A DNA stretch of 64,000 bases from an uncultured Acidobacteriota bacterium (GTDB lineage: Bacteria; Acidobacteriota; Thermoanaerobaculia; Gp7-AA8). The notes under the pieces are model-generated. The model was not told where the DNA came from. It saw only the letters and a list, made by a program, of their open reading frames with translations, and did not search any database. The stretch covers positions 672,001-736,000 of the forward strand of contig CAWGHO010000001.1 of NCBI GenBank assembly GCA_963822445.1, read 5' to 3'. Made by a program: the position numbers and the translations under genes. Below, in pieces: positions 60,890-64,000 of the stretch (position 1 is the first letter of the stretch; each line of letters begins with the position of its first letter).

Positions 60890-61656
60890 TTCACCCTCAG
60901 CACGCGTCGCACGAGGCCCGGCAGGAATCGCCGCAGCAGCACGGCGTGGATCTCTTTCCCACCGACGCGAACCTCCGCTTTCTTCTTCGCCACCGCGTCG
61001 ATGATGCGCAGCGCAGCGTCTTCCGCTCGCATGGCTTTGGCGTGTGTCTCATCGGTCTTGCCGTAAGCGGAGCCGTCGCCGCGCAGCGCGTTCTGCGAGA
61101 CGTTCGTCCGCACGTAACCCGGCACGACCATGGTGATGACGATGCCGTCTTTCGCCGTTTCCGCGCGGAGCGTCTCGAAGAATCCGTGGAGTGCATGTTT
61201 CGACGCGGAATACGCCGACCGCATGGGGACGCCGACGTAGCCGATCACGCTGCTGATTGGCACCATGTGTCCCGATCGCCGCACGATCATCGACGGCAGC
61301 ACGGCCTTGGTCAGCGCGATCGTGCCGAAGTAGTTGAGGTCCATGATCGCGCGGTCGGTGCTGAGATCCGTTTCCACGACCGTCGATCGCTGACTCACCC
61401 CGCCACTGTGCACGAGGATGTCCACATGGCCGACGCTCGCCGCCGCGGCGTTGATGGCGATGGTGTCGCGCAGATCGAGCGACAGGACGCGATGTCGCTC
61501 CGGATTCGCGCAGAGTGCGCGGACGCGCTCGAGCTCCGTCGCGTTCCGCGCCGATAACACAAGCTGCGCGCCTTCGCGGCTCCAGGCGATGGCGAGCGCT
61601 TCGCCGATGCCCGAGGAGGCGCCGGTGATCCAGATGATCTGATCGCGAAATCTCAT
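60886..61656 (-). CDS. Short-chain dehydrogenase/reductase
   Basis: [13 protein letters not shown]. Confidence 0.93.
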   Translation of the reverse strand: MRFRDQIIWITGASSGIGEALAIAWSREGAQLVLSARNATELERVRALCANPERHRVLSLDLRDTIAINAAAASVGHVDILVHSGGVSQRSTVVETDLSTDRAIMDLNYFGTIALTKAVLPSMIVRRSGHMVPISSVIGYVGVPMRSAYSASKHALHGFFETLRAETAKDGIVITMVVPGYVRTNVSQNALRGDGSAYGKTDETHAKAMRAEDAALRIIDAVAKKKAEVRVGGKEIHAVLLRRFLPGLVRRVLRVK

Positions 61657-61657
61657 A

Positions 61658-61765
61658 TCTGGACTGCGGCGGCAGAGCCGCCGCTCTCACTCCCGGCGGC
61701 AAAGCCGCCGGGCCGCGGCTCTGCCGCGGCAAGCCAGAGCGGTGGCTTTGCCACCGCACTCCAGA
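61658..61765. repeat. REP-like nested palindrome
   Basis: tctggactgcggcggcagagccgccgctct ... agagcggtggctttgccaccgcactccaga, with inner copies of the same hairpin. Confidence 0.8.
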
Positions 61766-61774
61766 GCTGAGCTT

Positions 61775-62926
61775 TCATTTCAAAACCTTCCTCGCTATCA
61801 CCATCCGATGCACTTCCGACGGTCCGTCGTAAATCCGGAAGGCCCTCGCCTCTCTGTAAAAATGCTCGAGCGGCAGGTAGGTCGTGTAGCCCAGCCCGCC
61901 GCAGATCTGAATCGCGCGATCGATCACCCGATTGATCGCCTCGGCCACGAACACCTTGCAGATCGACGACTCCTGGCGGATGTCGCTCCCCTGCTCGTGC
62001 TTCCAGGCGGCCTCCATCACCATCAGCCGCGAGGCGTGCAGGTCGATCTCCGAGTCGGCGATCATGTGTTGAATGGCCTCGTGCTGGGCGAGCGTTTTCC
62101 CGAACGCCTCCCGGTCCTTCGCCCGCGCGATGGCGATCTCCTGACTCCGTTGCGCGGCGCCGAGCCAGCGCATGCAGTGCGTCAGTCGCGCCGGGCCGAG
62201 ACGAACCTGCGCGAGCTTGAATCCGTCGCCGATCTCTCCGACGATCGCATCGTCGGGCACACGAACGTTCCGATACTCGACCTCGCAGTGGCCGCCGACG
62301 CCATGACCGCCCATCGTCGGCGTCATCCGTACGACGCGATAGCCGGGCGTGTCCGCCGGCACGATGAACATCGTCGTCTGCTTGTGCCGCGGCGCCTCGG
62401 GATCGGTGACGGCCATCGTTACCGCGAACGACGCACCCATCGCGCCCGTGGTGAACCATTTGTCGCCCGTGATCTCCCAACCCCCATCGACGCGCGTGGC
62501 CCGAGTGCGCATCATCGTCGGATCGGAGCCCGCGCCCGGCGCGGGCTCCGTCATCGCGAAGCAGGAGCGGATCTTCCCTTCGATCAGCGGCCGCAGCCAG
62601 CGCTCCTTCTGCTCATCGTTCGCAAAGTGCGCAAGCAGGTGCATGTTCCCCTCATCCGGCGCGGAACAATGCAGCGCGAGTGCGCCGAGGAAACTGCGGC
62701 CGGCCTGTTCGAAGAGGACGCACATCGCCACCGTGCCCAGCCCGAGACCGCCGTACTCAGGCGGCAACTGCGGTCCGTAGATGCCGAGCTGCCGCGCCTT
62801 CGCCCGCAACTGCGCGATGACATCCTCGGCGATCTCTTCCGCTTCGACAGGAATCACTTCATCGCGCACGAATGCCGCGACGCGATCGCGCAGTTCGACG
62901 AGTTGCGGGTCGAGCTCGAAGTTCAT
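61775..62926 (-). CDS. Acyl-CoA dehydrogenase
   Basis: [32 protein letters not shown]. Confidence 0.94.
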   Translation of the reverse strand: MNFELDPQLVELRDRVAAFVRDEVIPVEAEEIAEDVIAQLRAKARQLGIYGPQLPPEYGGLGLGTVAMCVLFEQAGRSFLGALALHCSAPDEGNMHLLAHFANDEQKERWLRPLIEGKIRSCFAMTEPAPGAGSDPTMMRTRATRVDGGWEITGDKWFTTGAMGASFAVTMAVTDPEAPRHKQTTMFIVPADTPGYRVVRMTPTMGGHGVGGHCEVEYRNVRVPDDAIVGEIGDGFKLAQVRLGPARLTHCMRWLGAAQRSQEIAIARAKDREAFGKTLAQHEAIQHMIADSEIDLHASRLMVMEAAWKHEQGSDIRQESSICKVFVAEAINRVIDRAIQICGGLGYTTYLPLEHFYREARAFRIYDGPSEVHRMVIARKVLK

Positions 62927-64000
62927 TGCAGGTTCTCGAAAATCGTGGCCGCGCCCTGCCCGCCGCCCACGCACATGGTGACCATGCCGTAGCGCGAGCC
63001 GCGGCGGCGCATCTCGCCGAGGAGCTGCACGGTGAGCTTCGCGCCCGATGCGCCGAGGGGGTGGCCGAGGGCGACCGCGCCGCCGTTGACGTTGACGCGC
63101 TCCTGGTCGATGCCCAGCTCGCGCATGACCGCGAGCGCCTGGCAGGCGAAGGCTTCGTTCAACTCGATGAGATCGATGTCTTCGAGTCGCAGTCCGGCGC
63201 GCTTCAACGCCTTCGGCACCGCGACCACGGGACCCATGCCCATGATCTCCGGCCCGACGCCGCCGACGGCGTACGTAACGAGTCGCGCCAGCGGCTTCAG
63301 CCCGAGCTCCTCCGCCCGTTTGCGCGACATCACGATCACCGCGGCTGCGCCGTCCGAGGTCTGGCTGGAGTTGCCCGCGGTGACGACGCCCTTTGCGTGA
63401 AATACGGGCTTCAGCTTCGCGAGCGCTTCCGTTGTCGTGTCCGCGCGCGGGCCTTCGTCCTTGTCGAAGGTGAAGCGCTGCGAGCTTTCCGCGTCGACGA
63501 TCTCGACGTCCAGCGGCACGATGCCGTCATCGGCGAACTTCCCGTCGTTCTGCGCGGCGAGCGCGCGCTGATGACTGCGGAACGCGAACGCGTCGGCGTC
63601 TTCGCGCGAGACGTTGTACTTCCGCGCGACGTTCTCCGCGGTCAGCCCCATGCTCAGATAAACCTCGGGCCGATGCTCGACGAGATGCGGATTCGGGCGG
63701 AAGCGGTTGTTGCCGCGGACCATGCTCATCGACTCCGTGCCGCCGGCGATGATCTGGTCGGCCATGCCGGCCATGATCCGTTCCGCGGCCATGGCGATGG
63801 TTTGCGATCCGGAGGAACAGAAGCGGTTCACGGTCGCGGCGGGAACGCTGTCGGGGAGTCCGGCGCGCAGCGAGGCGATCCGGGCGACGTTCATCCCCGA
63901 TTCTCCTTCGGGAGTCGCGCAGCCGATGATCACGTCGTCGATTTCTTCGGCGCTGACCTGCGGCGTCTTCGCGAGCAGTGCGCGGATGACTTCCGCGGCC
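62923..64000 (-). CDS. Acetyl-CoA C-acyltransferase (thiolase), 5' end outside the window
   Basis: [29 protein letters not shown]. Confidence 0.95.
   Translation of the reverse strand, partial: AAEVIRALLAKTPQVSAEEIDDVIIGCATPEGESGMNVARIASLRAGLPDSVPAATVNRFCSSGSQTIAMAAERIMAGMADQIIAGGTESMSMVRGNNRFRPNPHLVEHRPEVYLSMGLTAENVARKYNVSREDADAFAFRSHQRALAAQNDGKFADDGIVPLDVEIVDAESSQRFTFDKDEGPRADTTTEALAKLKPVFHAKGVVTAGNSSQTSDGAAAVIVMSRKRAEELGLKPLARLVTYAVGGVGPEIMGMGPVVAVPKALKRAGLRLEDIDLIELNEAFACQALAVMRELGIDQERVNVNGGAVALGHPLGASGAKLTVQLLGEMRRRGSRYGMVTMCVGGGQGAATIFENLQ

Overview
High-GC bacterial chromosome window, probably from a long-read assembly (three conserved genes carry single-base frameshifts). The gene content suggests Acidobacteriota, possibly Thermoanaerobaculia, but this is an inference. 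Housekeeping and metabolic genes include ispG, lspA, scoAB, mrp/apbC, LOG, pgm, an osmoprotectant ABC transporter, an MltF-like protein and a beta-oxidation cluster. Accessory loci: (1) a giant secreted Cys-repeat Ig-like protein of more than 2340 aa running off the left edge; (2) an operon for a SEDS plus penicillin-binding transpeptidase fusion, a Zn-ribbon GTPase and a membrane protein with a peptidoglycan-binding-like tail; (3) a 19.4-26.1 kb island whose two operons share a 26-bp upstream motif and encode an alpha/beta hydrolase, an unknown domain fused to NusA lacking its N-terminal domain, a cytoplasmic M4-like peptidase and an MBL hydrolase; (4) a non-coding array of six ~79-bp hairpin units with compensatory stem changes, between a candidate promoter and terminator (34.8-35.3 kb); (5) a CHAT protease / hypothetical / trypsin-like protease / free prodomain-like locus; (6) a ~460-bp inverted array of 22-bp units; (7) a divergent cohesin-like and dockerin gene pair. 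No rRNA, tRNA, CRISPR array, integrase or transposase was recognised. All calls come from reading motifs by eye; no searches were run.
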